DNA of 64,000 nt from Candidatus Bathyarchaeia archaeon (lineage in GTDB: Archaea > Thermoproteota > CALKCG01 > B24), in contig JAVZJD010000001.1 in NCBI GenBank assembly GCA_038870975.1, positions 992,001-1,056,000 on the forward strand, written 5' to 3'. Below are positions 50,784 through 60,283 of this stretch, piece after piece. Both the position numbers and the translations under genes were made by a program. How positions within the stretch are numbered: position 1 is the stretch's first letter; every line of letters begins with the position of its first letter. The notes beneath the pieces were generated by a model. It did no database searches. It was not told where the DNA came from and saw nothing but the letters and a program-made list of their open reading frames with translations.

Positions 50784-51860
50784 TTAAAATATGTTGCCTT
50801 TTACAGGATACTTTCCATAAATCGTCAATGTCTTAGTAATTGTCATAAATGCATCTTCAAGCAAGTCTACTGGAGCGTCTTCAGTCATTCCTATGATAAC
50901 CCCATCCCCAGGGGCTATCTCCTCCAAAAGTTTAATCGTGTACTTTTCAATCACTTTAACACCGTAGTGTAGAATCGTCTCTGGAAAATTAACCCATATT
51001 ATAAACTTGTTATTCCAACATTCTTTAGCCTCTTTAAGCGGTAAATCGCCCATAGGTGGAGGAGTGAAAGCCTCTACAATGTCTATGTTCATTGTTGCAA
51101 TGTGGTATTTCAACTTCTTCAGCAATCCATCCATATGTACCGATAGCATCTTATTCTTAGCGTGGAGTATATCTGCGAACTTCTCAAGTAAAGGTATATA
51201 GTACGTTTCAAAAATCTTCGGGCTCATAACTAAGCCCGTAATCTGGTCCCCACACCATACGAATTCAGCCGGAGAATTGGCTATTATACGATATGTCTCT
51301 TCCTGCCTCTCAGCCATAATATGTATTAAATCTTCAATCCTCTCCCTATTTCTATAAAACTCTTTACAGAGTCTTTCTAAACCCATATAATGAACCCATA
51401 ATTTGCTAAAAGGCGTAGGATCAGCATTAGCAGTTAAAATACCACTATTTCCTACTTTCTCATCGAGTTCTACAAAATATCCATAATCAGGTTTATATAC
51501 AGCGTCTTCCTCTATGAATCTTATAACTCTATAATCAGATGGTTCTTTAAACGGGTATTCTACTATCCAGTTTTCACCAGCTTCAGGTCTTAAACCAGTT
51601 CTAATACGCATAGACATTGAGCCTACGGGTGTACTGTAAGTCCTATGCACAATATTTCCAATCCTTCTCTCCTCTACGTGTACATTTGGATGTTCAACTC
51701 TATAAACTGGTATCCAGGCGTACAGAATACCCATACCCATGCTTCTAAGTCTTTCTTCAGCAGATGGGCTTATCCTAGCGATAGACCTATATGGAACAAA
51801 AGGAATATACTCAGGCTTACCACGGTGTAAAATCGCCATGATATTCTCTCTAATATTCAT
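50784..51860 (-). CDS. Uroporphyrinogen decarboxylase/MtaA-fold protein (paralogue 5)
   Basis: TPVGS, VWCGD, HMDG, EAFTPPPMGD, W.NFPE and G.TED. Close paralogue of 5359-6414. Confidence 0.75.
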   Translation of the reverse strand: MNIRENIMAILHRGKPEYIPFVPYRSIARISPSAEERLRSMGMGILYAWIPVYRVEHPNVHVEERRIGNIVHRTYSTPVGSMSMRIRTGLRPEAGENWIVEYPFKEPSDYRVIRFIEEDAVYKPDYGYFVELDEKVGNSGILTANADPTPFSKLWVHYMGLERLCKEFYRNRERIEDLIHIMAERQEETYRIIANSPAEFVWCGDQITGLVMSPKIFETYYIPLLEKFADILHAKNKMLSVHMDGLLKKLKYHIATMNIDIVEAFTPPPMGDLPLKEAKECWNNKFIIWVNFPETILHYGVKVIEKYTIKLLEEIAPGDGVIIGMTEDAPVDLLEDAFMTITKTLTIYGKYPVKGNIF

Positions 51861-51918
51861 CTACTAACACCAGAAAGGGAGATATTTTATATAGGAATAA
51901 GGAGATTGTTTCTAAATT

Positions 51919-53337
51919 ATGAGTTTTACCTTTAAACCTAGGCTCAACATTGGAGACATCGTTCCTAAGCGGCTCATAGAAACTATGCATGAGAGGGCTT
52001 TAGAAGTCCTCGAAAAGGTAGGGATCAAAGTCACAAATAAGCTTCTCATAAGACGGATAATAGAACGTAACGGGTTTAAACTAGACAGGGAATGGGTGAA
52101 AATTAAAAGTAGCCTAGTTGAAGACTTAGTCGTAGAAGTTAGACGGAAACGAAAGCATAGTATGATGCGTAGTTTAAGTGAGGAAGAGCTTATACTTTCA
52201 CCTGGGTATCCAGGTTGTTCTTGGATAGTAGACTTAGAGACAGATACCATAAAACCTTTAACAACTGAAAAACTCGTAGAAGCCACTAAGCTTACGGATT
52301 CGCTTTACGAGTGGGGCGTTAGAGGAGGGGCTCCAGGGGCTCCCGTAGATGTACCGCCTAAACTGCGGAGGGTTGCGCAGTGTTTAATAGGTTATACGTA
52401 TAGCCGTTCAGCTGGCCCGGCTCCATTTGAAAGTTACGAGGAGGCCGTCTATATTAAGCGTATGGCTGATGTTATGGGTCATGGTTTCGGGGTGGACGTG
52501 TACGTAATAAGCCCCCTCCGTCTTGAAGGCATATCTTTAGATAGGGCTATACCGTTCTTAGAGAATGGGGAATGTGATTGGGTGGGAATAACGTCTATGC
52601 CGCTTGCAGGTGCTACGGCACCAGTATATCCAGTGGGGGCATTTATCCAAGGTATAAGCGAGGCTTTAGGTGGATACGCCATACTTCACGAAGCCTACCC
52701 AGACATACCTATGGGCTTCAGTGTAAATGCCTACCACTTCGATATGCGCCATGGTAACATAGTATTCGGGTCTCCTGAGCAGACCCTAATGGACTTATTT
52801 AGCATAGTGTTAAACATGTTTTACGGTGGAGGACTGCACGGGGTTAGATCTTTCAGAACAGTTGCAAAACAAGTAGACATACAGGCGCAAGTTGAAAAAG
52901 CCTCTTCAGCCACGGTTGGAGTATTAACAGGACCTGGCGCATTTATCCATGCTGGCCTACTGAGTATAGATGAGATCTTTAGCCCCGTACAATTGATCAT
53001 AGACTGCGAATTGGCTAAGTATTTAACTAGGCTTGCTAAAGGTTTAGAATTTACGGAAGATCAAATAGAACTGTCAATTGAAACAATAGCCAGGTGTGCT
53101 CTCAAGGGTCAGTATTTAACAGATGAAACGACTCTGAAAGATTACAGGAGGATATATTGGACTCCCGAAATATTCGACTATTCCCTACTTCACACATACA
53201 AACCAGGTCCAGATATAATAGCGAAAGCCAAGAAAATATGTAAGGAGAAGATCCAAACACATAGGTATCAGCTTGAAGACGAAAGAAGGAAAAAACTAGA
53301 AGAAATATATCGAGAGGCTGTTAAAACGCTATCTTAG
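51919..53337 (+). CDS. MttB/MtgB-family methyltransferase, pyrrolysine-free, divergent
   Basis: MHERALEVLEKVG, ISPLR, AGATAP, FGSPE, D.QA..EK and QLIID.E. No in-frame TAG. Confidence 0.85.
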   Translation: MSFTFKPRLNIGDIVPKRLIETMHERALEVLEKVGIKVTNKLLIRRIIERNGFKLDREWVKIKSSLVEDLVVEVRRKRKHSMMRSLSEEELILSPGYPGCSWIVDLETDTIKPLTTEKLVEATKLTDSLYEWGVRGGAPGAPVDVPPKLRRVAQCLIGYTYSRSAGPAPFESYEEAVYIKRMADVMGHGFGVDVYVISPLRLEGISLDRAIPFLENGECDWVGITSMPLAGATAPVYPVGAFIQGISEALGGYAILHEAYPDIPMGFSVNAYHFDMRHGNIVFGSPEQTLMDLFSIVLNMFYGGGLHGVRSFRTVAKQVDIQAQVEKASSATVGVLTGPGAFIHAGLLSIDEIFSPVQLIIDCELAKYLTRLAKGLEFTEDQIELSIETIARCALKGQYLTDETTLKDYRRIYWTPEIFDYSLLHTYKPGPDIIAKAKKICKEKIQTHRYQLEDERRKKLEEIYREAVKTLS

Positions 53338-53427
53338 AAATAGTTTTGCTGTTTAACATTATGAAGTCTTCCTTTAGTCTTTATTATTAGACTCGTCTGA
53401 CTTTTTTATGCGTTTGCAAGAATTTTA

Positions 53428-53749
53428 TTGCAAATCTTTGGAAGAAAATCTTCGGTGTCTGTAGGGGAGCTTATTCAAATGTCCATTGTCATAACGAATA
53501 ATGGAACTGCGACTGCATTCGACATCTCGTTAAAAGATACGCCTTCCGAGGGATTTCAAGTGGTTTCAGGAGTATCCACAACATTCTATAGTGAATTATC
53601 ACCATCTGAATGTCGATCATGTAACTGCACAGTAAAAAGTATCGAAAGAGGGGACGTATATGCTTCCTCCAATTATAGTCACGTATAAAGACCAAGACCA
53701 AACAATATATACGGCTACATCAAACGCTGTAAAGACATCTGTTGGATGA
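53428..53749 (+). pseudogene. Frameshifted remnant of a DUF11/BatD-like Ig-fold surface-protein domain
   Basis: VGE.I...I.ITNNG.ATA.DI.L.D...GF.VVSG continues in other frames as GTYMLPPIIVTYKD and then YTATSNAV. No clear start or signal peptide. Confidence 0.55.
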
Positions 53750-53903
53750 AGATATTTTCCTATCTATATTGTAAACAAAGTTTTATCCATTTAGAATTTA
53801 TGATATTATTCTTAGAAATTTTTCTAAAATTTTCCGGTCATTATTGGAAAACTATGATTTTTAAGTTGGAGAAAACTTTTATACCTAAACTCGTAATATT
53901 TTA

Positions 53904-54179
53904 GTGGTAGATATGCTCTTCATAACTTTGTGTAGATTTAGAAAAAAGCCTACGAAAGAAACCATAGCTGAAGCTCAGAGGCTTCTTGAAGAAGCAACTA
54001 AAGAAGGTGCTAGGATTTTAGGTGTATACTGGGTTTTAGGTCGGTATGATGTAGTTCTCATATCTGAATGTCCCGACGAAAAAACACATATGAAAATAGC
54101 CATAAAATTCGGAGATATAGTCTCAACGGAAAGTCTTGTAGCAGTCTCCTCCGAAGAGGCGGTAAAGCTCCTCACGTAG
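53904..54179 (+). CDS. GYD-domain protein
   Basis: YWVLGRYDVV.I.E.PD and TE.L.A pattern, 91 aa. Confidence 0.85.
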   Translation: MVDMLFITLCRFRKKPTKETIAEAQRLLEEATKEGARILGVYWVLGRYDVVLISECPDEKTHMKIAIKFGDIVSTESLVAVSSEEAVKLLT

Positions 54180-54396
54180 CTATTAGAAAAAGGCTTCAAA
54201 AAATCAAAAGTAATATCTATATGTTTAGTTTAACTAGATTTAAATACCATGAGAAATGTTGAAAATTTTGAGAAGGTTGGTATTTAGTCTTATCATCTTC
54301 TGCATATTTTGAGATTCATATTGCTACATTATTTTTAAGTCGTCAGGGAAATTAAAATATAGTAGTCCTTGATAAGTATCATTTGAGTGTCAACTT

Positions 54397-54768
54397 ATGG
54401 GTCATATATGGGTGAATGTCAAACTCTTAAATCCTAAAACGGGCGGTGAAATTGAGACTAAAGCGCTTATCGATACAAGTGCAACGTATACCGTTGTCCC
54501 AGTGGAGATCGCTAGAAAACTGGGTCTTGAAAACCTTGGCTTTGTAGACGTGAAAACAGCTAGCGGTAGTGAAAGGCTTTGGGAGTCGGAGGTTAGAATA
54601 AGAATGTTTGATAGAGAGAGATCGTCACCAATACTCGTAAGCGAGAAGATGGATGTTCTATTGATTGGCGTCGTAACCTTAGAAATACTCAGGCTGAAAG
54701 TGGATCCGACGACGGGTATAGTCGAAGAGCTTCCACTCCTTCTATACACGGTCTACATAAGAGGATAG
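54397..54768 (+). CDS. Retroviral-like (clan AA) aspartic protease family protein
   Basis: ALIDTSATYTVVP..IA..LGL, TASG and LIG..TLE.L.L.VDP. Confidence 0.8.
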   Translation: MGHIWVNVKLLNPKTGGEIETKALIDTSATYTVVPVEIARKLGLENLGFVDVKTASGSERLWESEVRIRMFDRERSSPILVSEKMDVLLIGVVTLEILRLKVDPTTGIVEELPLLLYTVYIRG

Positions 54769-54825
54769 CGTAGTGATGGTGAGGCTGTAGGGCGTCTTAG
54801 GTGGTCTTCAGGTGTTTTAATGATG

Positions 54826-56229
54826 TTACGTACCTGTTGTAATTCCCTCTCTAGACAGTATCGACCTGGCGACTATTACACCAGATACTGATGCCTGCAT
54901 GAGCCCACGTGTTATACCAGCCCCATCGCCTGCTACGTAGAGGTTTTTAATGTCTGTTTCAAGGTTTCGATCTAGCTTTATTCTAGCCGAGTAAAATTTA
55001 ACCTCTACACCGTAGAGTAGTGTGTGGTTTGAGAAGACACCTGGCGTAACTTTGTCAAGAGCTTCAAGCATTTCAAGTATATCCGTTAAATACCTGTAGG
55101 GAAGTACGAAGCTTAAATCTCCAGGAGTGGCGTTTTTCAAAGTAGGTTTAACTATGCTACGGTTTATGCGGTCTTCAGTAGACCTTCTCCCATTTTTAAG
55201 ATCTCCAAGCCTCTGGATTATAACACCGCCGCCTATTATGTTGGCGAGCCTCGCTATGTACTTACCGTAGGCTATAGGCTCTTTAAATGGCTCCGTGAAA
55301 GATACACTTACTAAAACCGCAAAATTGGTATTATCAGTCTTCTTCTCCGAATAGCTTTGACCGTTAACAGTTAGGACATCATCATATATCTCTGTTATTA
55401 CTTCTCCATGTGGGCATACGCAGAAAACCCTAACCATGTCGTCAAAAGACTTAGAGTAGAATTGAAACTTCGGCTCGTATAATACGTCTGTCAAAGGCTC
55501 CATAACGGCTGATGGTACTTCAACTCTAACACCTAAATCAATCGGGTTGTTTTCAAGACGCAATTGGAAACGTCTAGCCTCTTTCTGAAGCCACTCTGCA
55601 CCGCTTCTACCTGGAGCTAGTACAATGTATCTGGCCCTGTAAACCTCTCCATCAGATGTCTCAACGCCGATAGCTTTACCATTCTCTACGAGAAGTTTAG
55701 CAACCTCCGCTCTAAATTTAACTTCAACCCTATCATCTAAGTATTTTCTAGCAGCTTCTAACACGTCGCGGGCTTTATCTGTACCCATGTGTCTTAAAGT
55801 CATAGGTATAAAGTTCAACCCTGCTAAGACCGCCTTTCTCCTAATGTTTTCTAGGAAGTCGGTTTCACCAGTATAGACTTTATCTGGTACACCAAACTTC
55901 CTATAGAAAGCATCCACATATTTCACAAGATTTTCAAGCTCTTCTCTAGGTAGATAGTCCGTAAGCCACCCTCCTACGTCTGGAGAGAGTATGAGCTTTC
56001 CATCGCTGTACGCTCCAGCCCCTCCCCAACCGTTAAGAAGATTGCATGGTTTACACTGTTTATTGCAGACTCCATATGTTAAAGCCGGGCATCTGCGATT
56101 TCTAATGTCTAAACCCTTCTCAAGCATTAAAATCGAGAGGTCGCTCTTCTCCGATAGCTCTAATGCGGTGAATATTCCAGCTGGCCCACAACCAACTATT
56201 ACTACGTCGTACAGAGCAATCCCAACCAT
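54826..56229 (-). CDS. Uncharacterised FAD-dependent oxidoreductase
   Basis: G.GPAG, GWGGAGAYSDGKL, APGRSG, FCVCP.G, EVKFYS and GDGAGITRG. Confidence 0.88.
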   Translation of the reverse strand: MVGIALYDVVIVGCGPAGIFTALELSEKSDLSILMLEKGLDIRNRRCPALTYGVCNKQCKPCNLLNGWGGAGAYSDGKLILSPDVGGWLTDYLPREELENLVKYVDAFYRKFGVPDKVYTGETDFLENIRRKAVLAGLNFIPMTLRHMGTDKARDVLEAARKYLDDRVEVKFRAEVAKLLVENGKAIGVETSDGEVYRARYIVLAPGRSGAEWLQKEARRFQLRLENNPIDLGVRVEVPSAVMEPLTDVLYEPKFQFYSKSFDDMVRVFCVCPHGEVITEIYDDVLTVNGQSYSEKKTDNTNFAVLVSVSFTEPFKEPIAYGKYIARLANIIGGGVIIQRLGDLKNGRRSTEDRINRSIVKPTLKNATPGDLSFVLPYRYLTDILEMLEALDKVTPGVFSNHTLLYGVEVKFYSARIKLDRNLETDIKNLYVAGDGAGITRGLMQASVSGVIVARSILSREGITTGT

Positions 56230-56404
56230 AAAAGTGAGGCGACGTATATTAAAGTTTACCAGTTATAAATCTTAGTCAGCTGACAGCGGATAACACCCAA
56301 TCTATTGAACATATTTATTATAAAAACTTTTAAATCTTTCAAATATTTTGCATAAAATTGTGAAAAATTAAGCATTTCCCTTCTATGCATAGGTTGATGG
56401 GAGC

Positions 56405-57682
56405 GTGGAGATGTTGAACGCGAAAAACTTAGTAGTCGGTTTAATAATAGGTCTCATAATCGGAGCAGTTCTCGGCTATTCTATAAAACCAACAGGCCCG
56501 TCAAGTGAAGAATATGAAAGACTTAGAAACGACTACAACCGTGTTGTAGCTCAACTTGAGAGCGTTACGGCTGAGCTTCAAAACTTGAAAAAACCGCTAA
56601 AAGTAGGGTTTATCTACGTTGGTCCAGTTGGAGACTGGGGCTGGAGCCATGCTCACGATGTCGGAAGAAGATATATTGAAAGTATTTTCCCATGGGTTGA
56701 AACAGTCTACGTTGAAGCAGTCCCAGAGGGAGACTGCCCTAAAGTGATAGATAGGCTGATAGATGAAGGGTGCGACGTCGTCTTTACAACAAGCTTCGGC
56801 TTCATGGATGCGACGGTGGAGGCGGGTGAGAAGTATCCAAGCAAGATCTTCTTCCATTGCTCAGGCTATAAGAGACGTGCTAACGTAGGTACATACTTTG
56901 CTGAGTTTTACCAACTCTACTACTTAAACGGACTAATGGCTGGTGCTTTGACGAAGTCAAATAAAGTGGGCTACGTAGCCGCGCATCCAATTCCAGAAGT
57001 AGTTAGACATATTAATGCATTTGCTTTAGGCGTTAAAGAAGTTAACCCGAATGCCGTTGTAGATGTTCGTTGGATCTTTTCTTGGTATGATCCGTCTGCT
57101 GCTAGGGAGGCTGCCGAGTCGCTTATAGCTTGGGGGGCTGACGTTTTAGCATTTACAGAAGATTCTCCAACAGTAGTGCAGGTTTGCCAGGAATACTACA
57201 ATAGGGGTAAATCTGTCTACTGCTTCGGACACTACAGTCCAATGCAGAATTTTGGTCCAGACGTATGCGTGAGTGGACAGTTAGTACACTGGGAGGTTAT
57301 ATATGCGGATATACTCAGTAAAATACGTAGCGGCTACTACAATTCTACAAATCTGGCCAATGTTGACTATTGGTGGATGCTTCGAGAGGGAGCTGTGGAG
57401 CTTGGCGGCGAATACGGTGTCCCAATAAACCCGAAGTTTATACCAGTGTTAAACAGTACCTATGTAGATCACCCAGAGTTTGGTAGAATAAGCGTCTACA
57501 ACCTCGTCATGAAGAGGTTGAATCAGATGTCTGAAGATACTGTCGTCTTCGACCCATTCACAGGCCCAATATACGATAACAAGGGTGTATTAAGGGTTGA
57601 AGCTGGTAGACGAATGACGCACGATGAACTTTGGACGATAAACTGGTTTGTAGATAACATTGTTGCAAGTGTTCCAGTATAG
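56405..57682 (+). CDS. BMP-family ABC transporter substrate-binding protein (nucleoside-type)
   Basis: N-terminal TM helix plus coiled coil. GFIYVGPVGDWGWS.AH, TSFGFMD, PEVVRHINAF and WYDP. Confidence 0.9.
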   Translation: MEMLNAKNLVVGLIIGLIIGAVLGYSIKPTGPSSEEYERLRNDYNRVVAQLESVTAELQNLKKPLKVGFIYVGPVGDWGWSHAHDVGRRYIESIFPWVETVYVEAVPEGDCPKVIDRLIDEGCDVVFTTSFGFMDATVEAGEKYPSKIFFHCSGYKRRANVGTYFAEFYQLYYLNGLMAGALTKSNKVGYVAAHPIPEVVRHINAFALGVKEVNPNAVVDVRWIFSWYDPSAAREAAESLIAWGADVLAFTEDSPTVVQVCQEYYNRGKSVYCFGHYSPMQNFGPDVCVSGQLVHWEVIYADILSKIRSGYYNSTNLANVDYWWMLREGAVELGGEYGVPINPKFIPVLNSTYVDHPEFGRISVYNLVMKRLNQMSEDTVVFDPFTGPIYDNKGVLRVEAGRRMTHDELWTINWFVDNIVASVPV

Positions 57683-57749
57683 GTTTTTATCTTCCCCCTC
57701 ATTTTTTCTTCGAAGACGTGTGATTGCGTTTCAATGGGTGCGAGTAAAC

Positions 57750-59234
57750 ATGGATGACGAACCACTCGTTAAAATGGTCGGGATAACGAAATTCTTCCCC
57801 AACGTTGTAGCGAACGATTCGGTAAATTTTGAGCTCAAGCGTAGCGAAATTCATGGCCTTCTCGGTGAAAATGGAGCTGGAAAAACGACGCTCATGAACA
57901 TTCTCTACGGCATATATAAGCCTGATAAAGGTGAAATCTACATAGAGGGAAAACCAGCCCGTATAAAGTCTCCAAGAGATGCCATACGCCTCGGAATAGG
58001 TATGGTGTCTCAATTTCCAGATCTAGTTGAAAACATGACTGTAGCCGAGAACCTTGCTCCTCTTTTTCCAGGTAAAATTTTAAGAAGAGAGAGAATTAAG
58101 GAGATCTGTAGAATCGCTGAAGAATACGGCCTCCCAGTAGATGCAGAAGCAACGGTTTACGATCTTTCACTCGGAGAAAGACAGAGAGTTGAAGTTTTGA
58201 AGGCTCTAATACGTGGAGTTAAAATACTTATACTCGACGAACCTACGACGGTATTGACTCAAAGCGAGGTTAATTCTCTTTTCAAGGCTATTAGGAAGAT
58301 GCGAAGTGAAGACAAGGGGATAATATTTGTGTCGCATAAGCTTCCGGAGGTTTTAGAAATAACGGATAGAATTACTGTTCTAAGGAGGGGTAGGGTTGTT
58401 GCAACTCTCAAAACTCGAGAGACAAACGAAGAAGAGCTTGCAAAACTAATGGTCGGTAGAGCAATAGTAAGGAAGTATGTGAGGGAAAAAACGGTTCCAG
58501 GTGAAGAAGTATTGAAAGTTGAAGATTTATACGTATTGAACGATAAAGGCGGACTGGCCGTAAAAGGCTTAAGCTTTTCAGTTAGGAGGGGTGAAATTTT
58601 CGGTATAGCTGGAGTATCTGGAAATGGTCAAAAAGAGCTGGTCGAAGCGCTTACTGGTCTTAGGAGGGTAGAGAAGGGTAGGATAATAATCGACGGAAGT
58701 GAATTAACCTCCCATCTTCAGTTTAGGAGAGTTGCCTCGCATATACCTGACGATAGAATTGGAATGGGTATCCTGCCGTCATTAAGCGTTCTAGAAAACC
58801 TTGCCTTAATATCATATCGGCGTTTTTCTAAGTTTGGCCTTCTAAAATCTAAAGAGCTTGAACAGCATGCTAAAAACCTAGTTGAAAAGTATAGTATAAT
58901 TACTCCTTCTCTTAAAGCACCCGTCTGGCAGCTGTCTGGGGGGAATTTAGCTAGGCTTATCTTAGCAAGGGAAACTTCTACAAATTACAGCCTCATAATA
59001 GCGGTCCACCCAACCTTCGGCTTAGATGTAGCTTCAACAGAGGAAACTTGGAAGCTTTTACTCGAGCTTAGAAAGAAAGCAGCTATACTTCTAGTCTCGG
59101 AAGATTTGGAGGAGATTATTCAACTAAGCGATAGGATAGGGGTTATGTACAGGGGAGAATTCATGGGCATACTGGAATCTGAAGAAGCAGACGCTGAGAA
59201 AATAGGATTAATGATGGGAGGTGTTAAAACATGA
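57750..59234 (+). CDS. ABC transporter ATP-binding protein (tandem NBD, nucleoside/sugar CUT2 type)
   Basis: GENGAGKTT, LS.GE.QRVE, LDEPT and LSGGN. Start at in-frame ATG 57750. Confidence 0.92.
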   Translation: MDDEPLVKMVGITKFFPNVVANDSVNFELKRSEIHGLLGENGAGKTTLMNILYGIYKPDKGEIYIEGKPARIKSPRDAIRLGIGMVSQFPDLVENMTVAENLAPLFPGKILRRERIKEICRIAEEYGLPVDAEATVYDLSLGERQRVEVLKALIRGVKILILDEPTTVLTQSEVNSLFKAIRKMRSEDKGIIFVSHKLPEVLEITDRITVLRRGRVVATLKTRETNEEELAKLMVGRAIVRKYVREKTVPGEEVLKVEDLYVLNDKGGLAVKGLSFSVRRGEIFGIAGVSGNGQKELVEALTGLRRVEKGRIIIDGSELTSHLQFRRVASHIPDDRIGMGILPSLSVLENLALISYRRFSKFGLLKSKELEQHAKNLVEKYSIITPSLKAPVWQLSGGNLARLILARETSTNYSLIIAVHPTFGLDVASTEETWKLLLELRKKAAILLVSEDLEEIIQLSDRIGVMYRGEFMGILESEEADAEKIGLMMGGVKT

Positions 59235-60283
59235 TTAGAATTGAGGAGAGAAGGGAACAGTCTCTACTCGTAAAAATAACTACGAAAATTGTAGCGGTAC
59301 TCTTAGCATTGGGAATATCAGCAGTCATTTTCATGGGATATGGAATCAATCCAATATACGCTTTCTCAGTAATGTTCTCTAAATCGCTAACTTCATACGG
59401 TTTAAGCGAAGTCGTAACTAAATTTATACCGCTTGAACTTTGCGGATTAGGATTAATAGTTGCATTTAAATCTGGTATGTGGAACATAGGTGCGGAGGGA
59501 CAGCTTCTAATGGGTGCTGTTATGGCTACTTGGGTAGCCTTATTCATAGATGTTCCAGATTTTAGCCGTCTGCCGCTAATACTGATTTTAAGTATGGTTG
59601 GCGGACTTGCGTGGGCAATCATACCTGCCTTCCTTAAAGTAAAACTTGAAGTTAATGAGGTTATGGTGACACTTATGATGAACTACATAGCCAGTTTTCT
59701 AGTCAACTACCTCGTCTACGGTCCTTGGAAGGGGGCTAAAGAATGGGGCTTTCCCTATACGGATAAATTCCCAGAGTCCGCATGGTTGCCGACAATACCC
59801 AACACGAGAATACATTGGCCGACACTGATTATAGCATCGGTAGCAGTCTTTACAATGTTTCTAATCATGTTTAAAACAACTTTGGGATTTGAAATGAGAG
59901 TATGCGGTCAGAGTAAGAGGGTTGCAGAGTACTCTGGAATGAATTATGCAAAAGCGTTAATTGTAAGCATGGCTATAAGCGGGGCCCTTGCTGGTTTAGC
60001 TGGTGCTGGAGAAGTATGTGGAATACACCACCGTTTAAGGTATGCATCTGCGATTTCCTCAGGTTATGGATATTCAGGGATAATAGTTGCCTGGCTTAGC
60101 GGTCTACATCCGGCGGCTTCTCCACTCTCAGCTTTCTTCATAGCCTTCCTCCTAACTGGTGGAGACATTCTACAGGTTTCCTTTGGGCTTTCCTCTGGAG
60201 TTGTCAACGTATTCAACGGTGTCATTCTATCTTCTCTACTAATTTCAGAGCTCTTCGGAAGATACAGACTGAGGTGGAAATAA
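59231..60283 (+). CDS. ABC transporter permease (nucleoside-type)
   Basis: NIGAEGQ, NEV..TLMMNY and GYG..GI.VA.L. Confidence 0.9.
   Translation: MIRIEERREQSLLVKITTKIVAVLLALGISAVIFMGYGINPIYAFSVMFSKSLTSYGLSEVVTKFIPLELCGLGLIVAFKSGMWNIGAEGQLLMGAVMATWVALFIDVPDFSRLPLILILSMVGGLAWAIIPAFLKVKLEVNEVMVTLMMNYIASFLVNYLVYGPWKGAKEWGFPYTDKFPESAWLPTIPNTRIHWPTLIIASVAVFTMFLIMFKTTLGFEMRVCGQSKRVAEYSGMNYAKALIVSMAISGALAGLAGAGEVCGIHHRLRYASAISSGYGYSGIIVAWLSGLHPAASPLSAFFIAFLLTGGDILQVSFGLSSGVVNVFNGVILSSLLISELFGRYRLRWK

Noticed and set aside
45730-53337. Pyrrolysine (TAG) read-through in the MttB genes
   Set aside because: Both ORFs are full length with no in-frame amber codon.
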